A stretch of DNA of 64,000 nucleotides, from contig OZ336871.1 in NCBI GenBank assembly GCA_965287045.1, forward strand, positions 48,484,001-48,548,000, read 5' to 3'. Positions 41,262-53,285 of the stretch are shown in pieces. The position numbers were made by a program, and so were the translations under genes. The notes beneath the pieces are model-generated. The model was not told where the DNA came from and did no database searches. It was given only the letters and a program-made list of their open reading frames with translations. This DNA is from Carcharhinus amblyrhynchos (Eukaryota). How positions within the stretch are numbered: the first letter of the stretch is position 1; every line of letters starts with the position of its first letter.

Positions 41262-41612
41262 AGTAGGAATGTCACTAAGTTTGTAATCCAAAGGCCCAGG
41301 TTAATGTTCCAAAGACATGGGTTCAATTCCCACCAGGAATTTAAATTCAGTCAAGAAATTTGAAATATAAAACTAGTCTTAGTAATGGTGACCATGACAA
41401 CTACCATTGATTGTTGTAAAACCCATCTGGTTCATTAATTCCCTTTTATATCCTTACCCGGTGTGGCCTACATGTGATTTCAGACCCATAGCGAATGTGG
41501 TTGACTCTTAACTGCCCTCTAAAATGGCCTAGCAAGCCAAGGGCAATTAGGGATAAATATCAGATGCTTGCCTTGCCATCAATGCCCATATCCCATGAAA
41601 GAATAAAGAAAA
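41262..41612 (+). mobile_element. tRNA-derived SINE with LINE-type tail
   Basis: B box gggttcaattccc, body ..aaaacccatctggttcattaat.., tail gggcaattaggga..gcccatatcccatgaaagaataaa. Confidence 0.7.
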
Positions 41613-41968
41613 CAAATGGTTTTGTGTCCAAAGTACTGTCTGTTTAGCTGTGTTGGTCCTTATTTCCAGAAAATAGTAACCAGAATTTGCAGTAAAAGTT
41701 CAAAACTAAAGCAAGTGAATTTCTTGGGTATGAAATTGACTTTAAAGAATGGATTCTATGCAAGCATCAAGAGATCAAATTCATCAGTTTGAAATTAAAA
41801 GATCAAAAAACCCTATCTAGAAAATCTATTTTGAAGATGAATAGTTTTTACACTGACTGATTTTGAAATACAGCAGTTAAGCTGACAATAGATTGGCAGA
41901 ACATAATTTTAAGCGCTTGGTATGATAAATCTGATTTGGCTGGTCACTGCATTTTTTTGTTTCTCTAG

Positions 41969-42163
41969 TGTTCCCGAACATGCGGAAAAGGATGGAGGAA
42001 GAGGACTGTTGTTTGCAAGAGTACGAATCCGACTCCCAGGACTCCGATCCTGCATGGTAGTGCTTGCAAGGCAGAACCAAAACCCAAAACCCAAGAAACC
42101 TGTTTGCTGAAACGCTGCCATAAGCACCGGAAAATGCAATGGTTCATATCTACATGGGCTGAG
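41969..42163 (+). CDS. ADAMTS16: ADAMTS16 coding exon (TSP1 repeat), 195 nt, phase 0->0
   Basis: Acceptor ttttgtttctctag, donor GAG|gtagac. CSRTCGKGWRKRTVVCKSTNPTPRTPILHGSACKAEPKPKTQETCLLKRCHKHRKMQWFISTWAE; the CGKGWRKR..CKSTNP signature fits ADAMTS16. Confidence 0.97.
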
Positions 42164-43751
42164 GTAGACTAACCAGTTTCTTCTTAAGAGACGACAGTCA
42201 TTTTTCAATTGGAGAGTAATGGATAAGCAGCAATGATATAAAAAGAACATGTAAAATCTCCAATGAACTGAATGTCAGAACAAATTTATAATTTTAAAGC
42301 CTTGCAACATCAATACAATCTCCCATAAATGCAAAGCATGTTGGAAATTCACATCCAGCATGTTGTCATTATTCAGTCTTGTGCTGGCTGTGTGCAAGGC
42401 TCTACTGGTGCATCAGGGCATCACAATCTTTCATTAGGGGTGGAAGCCAAGTTGTGGCAGGTCATGAAATCCATGAGAAGGAACAGTGGGTGAGATATAT
42501 AACAAGTGTTTGATCCACTGTTGGATCGAATGCTTGTTATACATCTCACCCACTTTTCCTGCCACTGCTGAAAGTTAAAATTGCCCCACATCACTTCTCG
42601 TTCATTGCTAACTCAGTTCAGTAGAATTTATGCACACAGGCAAGGATTTTTTTTTCAGGCTGAGGGAGGTTTCACTGGCTGCTTGGAGAATTATCGAGGA
42701 ACCCCAATCAATTCCATGCTCCATAGTGGAGGCCGACGAGATCAAGTGCCTTTTAGGCAGTTAATTGGCCACCCTCAGGCCTTCCCCATAGCTGAGGTCC
42801 CCAGCACAAGCAGTCCTGCCCACTGAGAGCGGCCGGCCAATCACGAAGGGACCCCAGGTGATCAGGGAGGGGAGGAGGGAGAAGGGTTGGAGGCGAGGGC
42901 AAGAGATTGGACTTCAGCACATCACCCTCACCTTCCTGATACCAAGTCACTGGATTGGGCACAGAATGTCTACCCAGGATGCCTAATCATTGACATCCCA
43001 CCCCCAGGAATCCTGTGTTACCCTGTTTATCCTCAGCCTTATTCAGGCAAGGTATTCTCACTCGGATCTCTCCCATGATTAAGTGGGCCTGGACTCCAGC
43101 TGTGATGGGTTGCATAAAATCCAGCACTAAAAGGAAACTGCAGCATGAATACCTGATTATCCACAAATCAGTGAAGAGACTAAGACACACAAGTTTCACA
43201 GTAGAGGCCGCAAAGTAAGATGTGCAGCAAGTTAAGTATACTGATATCTAATCCCATGTTGGGGCTTTAAAGGAAGCAGAAATGCTGGAAATGAGCAAAA
43301 CAAAATCCTTACTAATTTACTGCCCTGGGATGGAACTTCACCCACCACGAATTGAAGCACACACACACAACAAATTTCTGTCCGTTTCCATGTGCAGGCT
43401 CTGTGCTGGTGTGTGAACTCGGAAAGTTACCCACGGGGAGTCACGATCAAAGGTCCTCACCCAAACGATTAGCCTAAATATTTCTTTCCTTTTAGAAACT
43501 AATAGCTCTTTATTTCCACAATGTTCTACCTTCATTGCTGAGGAATCTATGGTGGTAAAATCTGAGGGAGCACAAAATGGGCATGAGTGAATCAGTTTCC
43601 TGTTGCCCAGTTTAAATTCCCTTTCTACGGAAGCTTATGGGAAGGTGCAGTAGGCAGACTGTTTCACTACTGCCAGTTTGCACTGCTGCCGGTATTGAAT
43701 TTTTCCTCAACGACATGATTCAATCTCAGATTTGTAAATTTATCTTTATCT

Positions 43752-44975
43752 AGAATCATAGAATGAACACTGCAGAGAAGGAGGCCGTTTCAACTCTCTG
43801 ATTTATTCCAGCTCTCTGCAACAGCAATGTAGTTTATCCCACTTGCCTCTCCATTCCCTGTAGCCCCTGCATTTTCCCTTCTTCACGTCTTCTTCCTCAT
43901 TCACTTTGGAAAGTCACAATTGAATGTGCCGCCATCAAACTCTCAGACAGTACATTCCAGATCCAAACCACTCTCTGAGTTAAAACATGCCTCATGTTGT
44001 TTTTGATTCTTTTGCCTGTCATCTAGTTCTTAACTTTTCTGATAATGGCAACAATTTTTCTCGATTTGCTCTATCTGGACCCATAAGATTTTGAACACCT
44101 CTATGAAATCTCCTCTCCACCTTCTGTAAGGAAAACCTCTCTCTATCTACCTATCTGAAGTCCCTCATCTTTGGAACCATTCTCATAAATCTTCTCTGCA
44201 TTCTCTTTACATCCTTCTTAAAGTGTTGATTCCACAATGGGACTCAATATTCCAGTAGAGGCTAACCCAGCGTTCTATAATGATTCATCTTAACTTCCTT
44301 GTTTTGTAATCTATGTGTAGAATTTTCCCCACACTTCTCGCTAGTGGTCCCATCAAAAGCCAGCCCCTGCAAGCAAGCAAAGCAAATGGTGATTGACTTA
44401 TACAGGATGGGAAGATCCTGGTCTATGTTTCTATTTACAAAGCCAAGGTCCCTTATGCCTCTTTAACCAACTTTTCCTTTCATTTTCGATGATTTGTGCA
44501 AATATGTCCCCACTTAGTTCTGTTCTTGAAGCCCACTTTAGAATTGTACCCTTTAGGCTGTATCACCTCAAATGCACCATTTCACACTTCTTCTCAGCAA
44601 TCAATTTCATGTGCCATATGTCCGATGCTTCTATCAGCATGTCATTACCCTCCTGAATTCTATCACTCTCACAATTTTTCCAAGCTTTGTATCATCTGCA
44701 AATTTTGAAATTGTGGCCTGTAAATATAGGTTATTAATGTATATCATGAAAATCAATGATCCTTGGGGGCATCCAGTGTATACCCTCCTTTGGTCTATAA
44801 TACATCCATTTGCCACTAGCCTCTGCTTCCTGTCACTCAACCAACTTCTTATCTATTTCCCTTCTATTCCATGAGCTTCAACTTTGTGGTTATTATGCAG
44901 TTTATCAAACTGCTTCATAAATCTACATGAATCACAATAAATAGCATTACCTTCAGCAACCGTTTCCATTATCTC
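43752..44975 (-). mobile_element. Decayed CR1 LINE
   Basis: Minus strand RKQRLVANG..GCPQGSLIFMIYINNL..ISKFADDTKLG; tail at 43752 (agaatcatagaat). Confidence 0.85.
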
Positions 44976-45017
44976 ATCAAAAAAACTGTTCTTTTTTTCT
45001 CTTTAAATGTTTTCCAG

Positions 45018-45242
45018 TGTTCTGTAAGTTGTGGTAAAGGGATTCAGAAAAGACACTTAAAGTGTGCAGACAAAGACACCTCTGGAAAATATAAAGAGTT
45101 TGCTTACAAAAGGTGTAATCACTTGCCAAGACCGAACCTGGAGTTGGAGAGAGCATGTGTTCTAAGTGCATGTCCAAGAGCAACAAATGAAAGGGCCTTC
45201 AGCAATGCACTAGCAAGCTGGTATGCCTCACCTTGGTCTCAG
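45018..45242 (+). CDS. ADAMTS16: ADAMTS16 coding exon (TSP1 repeat), 225 nt, phase 0->0
   Basis: Acceptor tgttttccag, donor CAG|gtagga. CSVSCGKGIQKRHLKCADKDTSGKYKEFAYKRCNHLPRPNLELERACVLSACPRATNERAFSNALASWYASPWSQ. Confidence 0.97.
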
Positions 45243-45749
45243 GTAGGAGATGTTACAGTTATTTTACCTTGGATTCATGTGCAGTATTCCTATAATATTT
45301 GTTCAGTACATTCTAGGAATAAAGTGGAAGGATTATAGTTTCACTGTTGGTTTGAATACAGTGATTGGGATTTTAATTTTACCATAATATGCAGTGATTG
45401 TCAAGTAAATCCTAAATTTAAAGGCAAAATGCTACTAACAGTAACACTTTTAAAATTCAGGCACTTATTACTCGGAACAACATTAAGATTACAATTATAT
45501 GATGCCAAATGCTCTCAGATCAGTAAGTATAATGACCCAGATCTTCCCACCTCTGGATCAGCAGAGGCCAGACATATGACCCACGAAGTATGTCCAGACT
45601 CCATACAAGTCCCAACACGTAGGCCTCCTTGGGAATTGTCCGGAAGTTTGAATTTCTGATGGGAAGTTTCCCTGTTTCCTGGGCCCCTCCACAAAAGTCA
45701 GTTGTTGACTTTGGATAGAGTCCCAGGAAATATTAGTCAGAGGAATCAT

Positions 45750-46630
45750 GGCTGCAATTCTCCTGAATTGGACCTAAGTGCCCACACCAGCAGGAAACTT
45801 GGAGGGTTTCCCATTGCTGTTAGCAGTGTCTATTAGCTGATATTCACCCAGTTGATAAATACTAATTTATTCATATTGGGCAACCCAACAGCCAGTCGTG
45901 CTGTTCCAAGACCATTTTTAAATGACAATTTGATCTGTAGCTTGTTTACTAGTCTCTCTCTCCCAAGAAATTAAATGGTGCCCCACCCTCCCCCTCCCCC
46001 TCCCACTGACTAGGGAGCACCACTAGCCCCTCACCCCTCGCCAAAGAGGGCACTCTCCCCACCACCCATAAATAACAGGTGACCTCCCTCCCACACCACA
46101 CAGGCACCAGAGTGACCCAATCTGACCCTGTCAGATTCCCCCACTCAGCCTCCCTTCCACCTCACACCCATTTCCCCCCCCCCGCCTCACCCAGCCTCCT
46201 TTCCCCTTCAGACCCCCCAGTCAGCTTCCCCTGAGGCCAAGCACCTTGGTAGTGCCAACAGTGCAGTGCCCTTGGCACTGACACCCTGGTCTAGCATCTT
46301 GGGCCCCAAGGGGACACGAGGCAACAGGTCTAATTTGCCCTTCTGCTGCTGCCAGGCTGCAGAGGAAGGGTCCTGGCATCTGGGTGGGCTCAGGCTGGGG
46401 GCAAGGAGTTGACTCCGTCACTCTTCACTGGGATAGGTGTGTTGTGACTGGACTGCTTCTCTAGCCCTGCAGACCTGACGATCACTCCTGGCACGGTGAT
46501 TTCAGGCAGCTCTGTGATCAACATCTTCATTCCTGCAGTCAGCTGTGCAAATTGTGAAGTGGCCAGGTCACCTTAACCTCCATGCCCCCCAGTCACCTAG
46601 CAGGGTTCTAAATCATTGCAGCACTCCATT
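45750..46630. mobile_element. Harbinger-like non-autonomous element (related fragment at 2200-2480)
   Basis: Starts ggctgcaattctcc; shares ggcactgacaccctgg..ccaggctgcagagg..ggctgggggcaag with 2290-2425. Confidence 0.45.
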
Positions 46631-47239
46631 CTTCAGCTTAAATTTTCCTTCTCCCTGTCAGGATCATGGGGTACTTGAGGTGCTATCAACTGTGAAGGGA
46701 AATCAAAATAAACACAGGTGGCTGGAGGCTGATAGAAAACCTTGATCTGACAGCTGAATCTTTTATGAGGCACTGCATTTAAAATAGTTACAGATCAAAG
46801 GCTTCAAGTGCAATGGAAAAGAGTTTTCAACGATTTCTGCTTCACATTAAAATTGTGTGCACGCATTGGGGTTGAGTGCACAGCTGGGCAGACTGGAAAC
46901 CAACCCAGGTGAAATTAACATTTCCTATCTGTCAGAGGTCTTCAAAATGGTTGATCTCACCTGCAGCCTCTAACAGGAAGAAAGGAAAATTAACATTTTA
47001 TAACAGAAATTCATTTACATCCTCCAAACACATGTGTTTAAAGACTTATTAACTTCCATTCATTCCATTTAAAAAAGTATGACACTGGGTAAATACTTTG
47101 TATGCGATTTTGATCTCTTTTATGAATAAATGCTGACATTGACTGAAGATAAATAATTATTCCAATTGGACGTTTTCCCCTCAGTTTAAATTGCTTGTGA
47201 GAGTGGGTTTTCGGAAACACCAACGTGAATACAGCAAAT

Positions 47240-47715
47240 GTTCACTAAATTGATTACTGGGCTGAGAATTTCCCCTATGTTGGGTAGTAAGTAAATTGGG
47301 CCTATGTTCTTTGGAATTCAGAAGAATGAGACACAATCTCATTGAAACACATTAGATTCTGAAGGGGCTTGATAGGGTAAACTCTTAAGGTGATTGTTTC
47401 TGCTGGTTGGAGAATCTAAAACACCAGGCATGGTCTCAGGATAAGAGGCCAATTATTTAGGACTGAGATGAAAAGTTACTTCACTTAAAGGGTTGTGAAT
47501 CTTTGGAATCCTCTATCCTAGACGGTTGTGAATGCTCAATCATCTAACATATTTAAGTCTGGGATAGACAGATATTTGGTTTTTCACGGAACAAGAGATT
47601 TGGGGAACAGGTAGGAAAGTGGAGGTGAAAGCCAAGATCTTCTATGATTGCACAGAATGGTAGAGCAGGCTCAGTGGGCCATAGTGTCTGCTCCTGCTCC
47701 TATCTCATGTGTTCT
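47240..47715 (+). mobile_element. CR1 3' end
   Basis: ..ctttggaattcagaagaatgaga..ctcaggataagagg..gttgtgaatctttggaa..tail ctgctcctgctcctatctcatgtgttcttg. Confidence 0.85.
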
Positions 47716-47792
47716 TGAATAACTGTTACTTTTCAGGCTAACGGCAGATTGTAGCTCAGTGACTGATTTGCATTTTTAAAATTACCTCCTAG

Positions 47793-47940
47793 TGTTCTGT
47801 TAGCTGTGGTGGAGGTGTGCGAGCCCGTGCAGTGCAATGCCTTGCATATGGCAGGCCAACCTCCGGGTGCCTTCTGCATCAAAAACCTGTCACCACAGAA
47901 GCATGCAACACTAATTTCTGTCCTCTACCTGAAAAGAAAG
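47793..47940 (+). CDS. ADAMTS16: ADAMTS16 coding exon (last TSP1 repeat), 148 nt, phase 0->1
   Basis: Acceptor acctcctag, donor AAG|gtaaga. CSVSCGGGVRARAVQCLAYGRPTSGCLLHQKPVTTEACNTNFCPLPEKK(D). Confidence 0.97.
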
Positions 47941-49837
47941 GTAAGAGCTGAAGCAATGTTTTACACTAATAGATATTTTTATTATGTGTTCCTTCTGGGA
48001 ATTATGGTATAACGTTAACTATATTTTAAAAATATCCTTTAGAATACATAATTTCTAGTAAGTTGCTACATCTGCCCCTTAGTTACGAGAGATTTTTATG
48101 CACCACCCACCCCCACCAATCAACAAGTTTGAAGATTCGTGATCTCGATAAATCCAGTGGATAGCTTACCTGCCTTCTGCCCGCCTGCCCCTGTCCTCGT
48201 TGTTATACCAGATGTTGGGGTGGCAACAGGTGTGACCTACCTATTGGCCAGTTGAGGTCCTTAAGTGAAGAAGTATTTCCAACTTTAACGCCTCATCCTG
48301 AAACTTAATTGGCAGCTCGAGTAGCCTATGCTAAGCGGCCAGTCCATGGGTATCTCTGCACAAGCTGTTGGCGGACAAGATAGGGCCACAGGTATCATTG
48401 CAGAGACCGGTGGTGAGCAAGATGAGGGTCTCTCATTTACTTTTCCCCTGGAAGACCCCCCCCCCCCCGCCAACTCCCAACACCACAATGCTTACTCCCC
48501 CTGTGGCCCTTCCCCACCTTCATCTCTCAAACCTCCGCCCTCTCCACTGGGGTTGCCAGCTGGGCACCACTGTACACTTTTGCCAAATTCTGATCCAACA
48601 CCACATACCCCTGAAACAAAAGTGCTGGAAGTTGCAGGCTTCTGATTGACTGGCAGCCTGCGAAGCAGAACTTCTTGTTCCTGTGGGGGCAGAAACCCTA
48701 TCTCCAGCCTATTAATGGCCAATTGACCATTAAGATGGCATTGGACAACTAGTGTTCCCCTTGGCAGGCTCTTCTTCCTCTGCCGCATCAGGTGGCTTTA
48801 ACCCATCTGGATGTGGCTGTCAACTATCTTAAAAATCTTCTTGAACTCTCAGGCTACTCCAACCAGTATGAATTCCTGAAGTATGACAACTTCAACAAAA
48901 CATGACTCTCATGTCGCATTGATGTCTGCCGTATAGGAAATGCGAGTTCTCAAAACACCAGTAGCTACATTGCCAGAGTGGCTAATTCTGGAGGAAGGGA
49001 TCTTGGCTCAAAACCCTAGCCCTAACATAAAAATGTCCTGATACTGTTCCCATTCTGTTATGCAACATTGTGGGCTGTGAGTCAGTGGTGCACCACCAGC
49101 CACATTTAGTATCATCATCGGAAGACGTTTCCAAGACTCTGAAAAAGGTATTGGGCACTTTGCGTCTGTAAGTGAAGCACATGATGTTTGTTTGAGGCCC
49201 CGTGTGAAAACCTAAGTTGCCTTAATTTCAGTCAGCAGCAGATCAGCCGTATTCAGGAAATCGTGGTCATCACTTAGCCTAATAGGCACCGCTGGAGGAC
49301 ACACCCAGAAGTGTGAACATTTAAAGCCTTCTTAGCTGATTCAGGTTTCTCCTGGCTCCACATCAAAACTGGCAAGGTGGGAGAGGATCATCACTGCTCA
49401 TCCTCTGTCGCTTCCTCCGTCCCAATCCACTATTTTGCATATCCTCGTTTTTGGCCACCGCATCCCTCGCTCTTCTTGATTGCAGCCTTTCTTTCTGCCA
49501 GGCCACCTACTAAAGGGAGAGAAACTGAGGAAGTGATGTGTCAGAACAGAATATTGTGACTGTGTTTGGGGAGAGGGCTGAGGGGGTTTATAATGGTGTG
49601 TGGTTGTATAGCAGATGCTTCCCGAAATGCTACCAGCTTTATGCTGCTCGGTAGTTACATTAAATGCATTTTATTTTCTCGACAAATGAAATATGTTATT
49701 ACGAGAAAATGGAGGAAGTTCATTGTAAATTTTAATTCAAGGTATTAATTCAAAGTGCAGCATTTAAAATTGTAAAAAATAATGCAATTTATTTTCTTCC
49801 TCTCTGCCCTCTTTTCCCCTATGTACACACACCAAAG

Positions 49838-49953
49838 ATGTATTTTGCAAGGATTATTTCAACTGGTGCTACCTGGTGCCCCAGCATGGTGTTTGCAGTC
49901 ACAAGTTCTACGGCCAGCAGTGTTGCAAATCATGCTCCAAGTCAAATATATAG
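49838..49953 (+). CDS. ADAMTS16: ADAMTS16 terminal coding exon (PLAC domain) to stop TAG
   Basis: Acceptor ...caccaaag. (D)VFCKDYFNWCYLVPQHGVCSHKFYGQQCCKSCSKSNI*, close to recalled ADAMTS16 C-terminus DAFCKDYFHWCYLVPQHGMCSHKFYGKQCCKTCSKSNL. Confidence 0.97.
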
Positions 49954-51185
49954 AAGAACTTGCGAACGAATAAACAGCATTGATTGTGATATAAGGAAGC
50001 TGCACATTGTAATTTCGGTGGCATCTGACAATTGAAGAGGTAAAAACTATTCAGGTTCTCGCTTGTACATGAAACCAGGCAGCATTCCACTTGTCAATCA
50101 ATAAAAGATAAACAACGGCTTTCCTTATATGTTACAACGACCAGGTCAACAAAATCTTTGCAGCACTGCCCATATTGAAATTCTTAGCTTCACCAGCAGC
50201 AATGAACAATGTCTGTACAATGCCATGTACCTCAGTGCTAAATTGAAAAATTATCACCATCCATTCAAACGAAGAGTCATGTTATTGACTACAAAATCAG
50301 GCTGCATGAAATAAACTAAGCAAAGATTTTGAGAACCAGAAGGCATTTAAAATACTGTGTAAACAGTGGGTGGGGTGGCAACAGAAACTGAAGTGAATTT
50401 TCCCAACTATTTATTTTACCTCGTTTGAATAAAATGATGACCAGCAAGTAAAACACACTGTGCTATATTAAAACTACTGTAGCTATTATGCCATTGTAGT
50501 GAGCCCTTTGACCCACTGGCTTCAAGAAATGTTTAGTCTTTAAATGATTCAATGGTGCTTTTTTTAAGTCAGTAAAAATGTGTAACTGTCCATTAATAAA
50601 TTATGCTCTCAGAACACATATTCAAGACTGCAGAAGCAGATGCAAATGGACTATTTTGAGAGCGAAAGTAATAATTATGTCAGTACATAACAAAAATTTG
50701 AAGGTGCTTTATTTATTTGTCAAATTGATGGGTCTTTTAGAACTGGTGGCCATCGTACTGAAAATGAAGTTCCATTGTGCACTACAACTTATTGTGTACC
50801 ATAATAGAGATACAGAAACAAACATTATCCAAATGCCATTTTTAAAATATCATTCAATGTAATATTTTCACTTTATTATTGTTGAGCTTCATGGTACCAC
50901 TAAATTAACAATGGTGCTTTCAAGTACAACCTTATTAGAATTTTTTTAAGGAAAACGTTCTAATTTATTTACAATTATCTTGCAAACTTGTTGAAATGTT
51001 TGCCTTTTGCAAAAAAGAAATGCACAGTTTAAAATAATCAGAATTGTTGAAGTATCATGGTTACTTTAAACTTTATTCAATTCTGTGCAGTAATACTGTA
51101 AAAGTTTTTTCACCCAGCTGTGAGAAAAATATTTATGTTTTTATGGAGTTTTGTAATAAAATTTCATTGGAAATATTGTAATATC
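49954..51185 (+). other. ADAMTS16: Putative ADAMTS16 3' UTR (AT-rich, no recognisable TE)
   Basis: Follows the stop codon; contains several AATAAA and ATTTA motifs; the first clear TE starts at 51288. The end is inferred from the distal polyA signal. Confidence 0.6.
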
Positions 51186-51205
51186 AGTCCTTTGTGTTTG
51201 TTTTA
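51155..51205 (+). terminator. Likely polyadenylation signal with downstream GU/U-rich element
   Basis: AATAAA at 51155-51160, U-rich upstream sequence, and tttgtgtttgtttt about 30 nt downstream. Confidence 0.6.
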
Positions 51206-51287
51206 GACCTTTAAACTTATAAATTCTGACCTAAAATGCAAGATGAGTTTCAAGATCTTTGCAAGATTATCATTACTTGAGACACAA

Positions 51288-52134
51288 CAGGCGATTCTCC
51301 CAAAAAAAATTTAAGTGTCGAATTCGTGCAAAAACTGGAGAACATCATGCTGGTTTTTTTCAGTAAAGTTACAAAATGTATCTCCCACATTCTGTGCACT
51401 GCAGAGTGCCTCGGTGTGATTCACGCTAAAAATATGGGGGCTGGGCCTATTCCCATTGGAGAGGCTGGCAGCATTGCGCTAAGCGGGCCACTGCACATGC
51501 ACTGATCTGTCACAGCAGTAGCCCCACACTGCCAGCCTCCCAATTGCTGGTCGCCCTGCAACCCCACATCACCACTTCCCCACTCCCCCCCAGAAATGTC
51601 CAAACCAGCCTCAACCCACCCACCCCGGCCCACCTCAATCTCTCTCCCCCATCCCACCTTCCACAGCCCCAATCCCCCAATTTCTTCCCACACCCCTTTG
51701 CAGGCCAACCCACCCCAATACCCAGTCCCGATCACTGGCCTTCCTCCCTTCACTCTGTATGCAGATTAGGCATTGTCCCTTGGCACTGCCTGATGCCCGG
51801 TGGCAAGAACCAGGGAGCATCTCCTTTTCCCCCGATCCTTCATTCTTTTGGGGAACTGGAGTGAAACACTTCTGTCTGGGGGAGAGGCTAGCTGGCTCAG
51901 AGACTTCAGTCCTGGACCTGCTAATGATATGTAAAATAGATTAAAATTAGCATTTAAGTAAGTTATTCAGCTCCATGCTGATTACTGGCGCAGAGCTGAT
52001 GGTGCCAAAAATCTGGCTGCCAGAGAAGCGCAGAGGCCGAGGCACCCAGTGGGACACCTACTAAACAGTCTCCGCTCGAGTCTCCTGGCCCACTGCACTA
52101 CAAGAGCAGTGCAGCGAGCTGGGAGAATCGCCCC
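51288..52134. mobile_element. Non-autonomous Harbinger-type element with TIRs and 3-bp TSD
   Basis: TIR core ggcgattctccca (51290-51302) / tgggagaatcgcc (52120-52132); TSD CAA. Confidence 0.8.
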
Positions 52135-53014
52135 CAACATCTGACACAATTTCATGACTTCATCTCAGAGATCATAGGACTTTGTAAGGTAGAAAAGCTG
52201 CTGTAGTTCAATGGACTTAAGCTTCTAGATTAGAAGGACAAGGGTTATTTAAACTTGTGAAGGATCCAAATAGTTTGGGTGGAAAACTCATCAGCAGAGG
52301 TCACACTTATTGCTGAGTATATTGATGGAAGGCCAGATATGTACAGTGCTTCCCGTTCATATACAATATTCAATGCACAGGTTTCACAAAGTAATCCAGC
52401 CATGGTAACTTTGAATTTTTTTTTATATATAGCCTCTCCTGGGTCACTGATGTCTAGTATCCTCACTCTTTGTGATCACCATTCTGTCACACAGTAACTT
52501 TCTGGCAACCAGAGCAGTACAATATTAGAAGGCCTAAAACTGGCAAGCTGGACTCCCACTTGGCATCCTGCAACTCAGTGGACTGCAGTTAATCAGGCTG
52601 GAGCCTCAAGATTATAGCTTCCACCACTACTTCTTTGATTAACGTGGATTACTCTGAGCACATTACTATTGTAAAAGTTAGACATTTGGAGTTGCAGTAC
52701 CACTGCTCTCATTATTGGATGTTTAAACTACACTCATACCTCAGCTAGTGAAAGAGCCAAACAGCCAGAGGAAAGTCAGATGATGCAATTTTTGGCAGGT
52801 GACTGGTGGAAGATGCTCCTGCGTCATTTTCCTCTGGCAAAGGTTATTTGTCCTAATAGTATATTCCAAATATACAAAGCCAGCATAGAATTTGACTCCA
52901 TCTATATCCAAGAATTCACTCTTGACAACTTTGCCATTCAGGTTAATCCTGTTCATTTGTGGAATACAAAGCCAATCCCCTGTTATACACTTCAATCCAT
53001 ATCAGGATAAGCAC

Positions 53015-53285
53015 TTTGTCGGCAAAGCCAGAATTTATTTCTTGCCCTCAATTTTCTTTCATTAGATGATGGATGGCCTGCCTACTTAACTTGCTACAAC
53101 CCTTGTGGTCAAATTGCTGCACAATGTGTTAAGTGGAAAGTTGGGGGATTTTGAGACAGTGCCAATAAAAGAATGATATGATGGTTTGTGACTTGGAGAG
53201 AGGCTCGGACGTGGTGATGTTCCCTTGTACTTGCTGTCCTCATGACTGGTAGAGATTGTGGGTTTGGGAGGTACCATTGCTGAAA
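53015..53285 (-). mobile_element. LINE (CR1/L2-clade) 3' fragment
   Basis: Reverse tail gccagaatttattcttgccctcaatt, similar to the SINE tail at 41540-41610; minus strand SREHHHVRASLQVTNH-like remnant. Confidence 0.5.
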
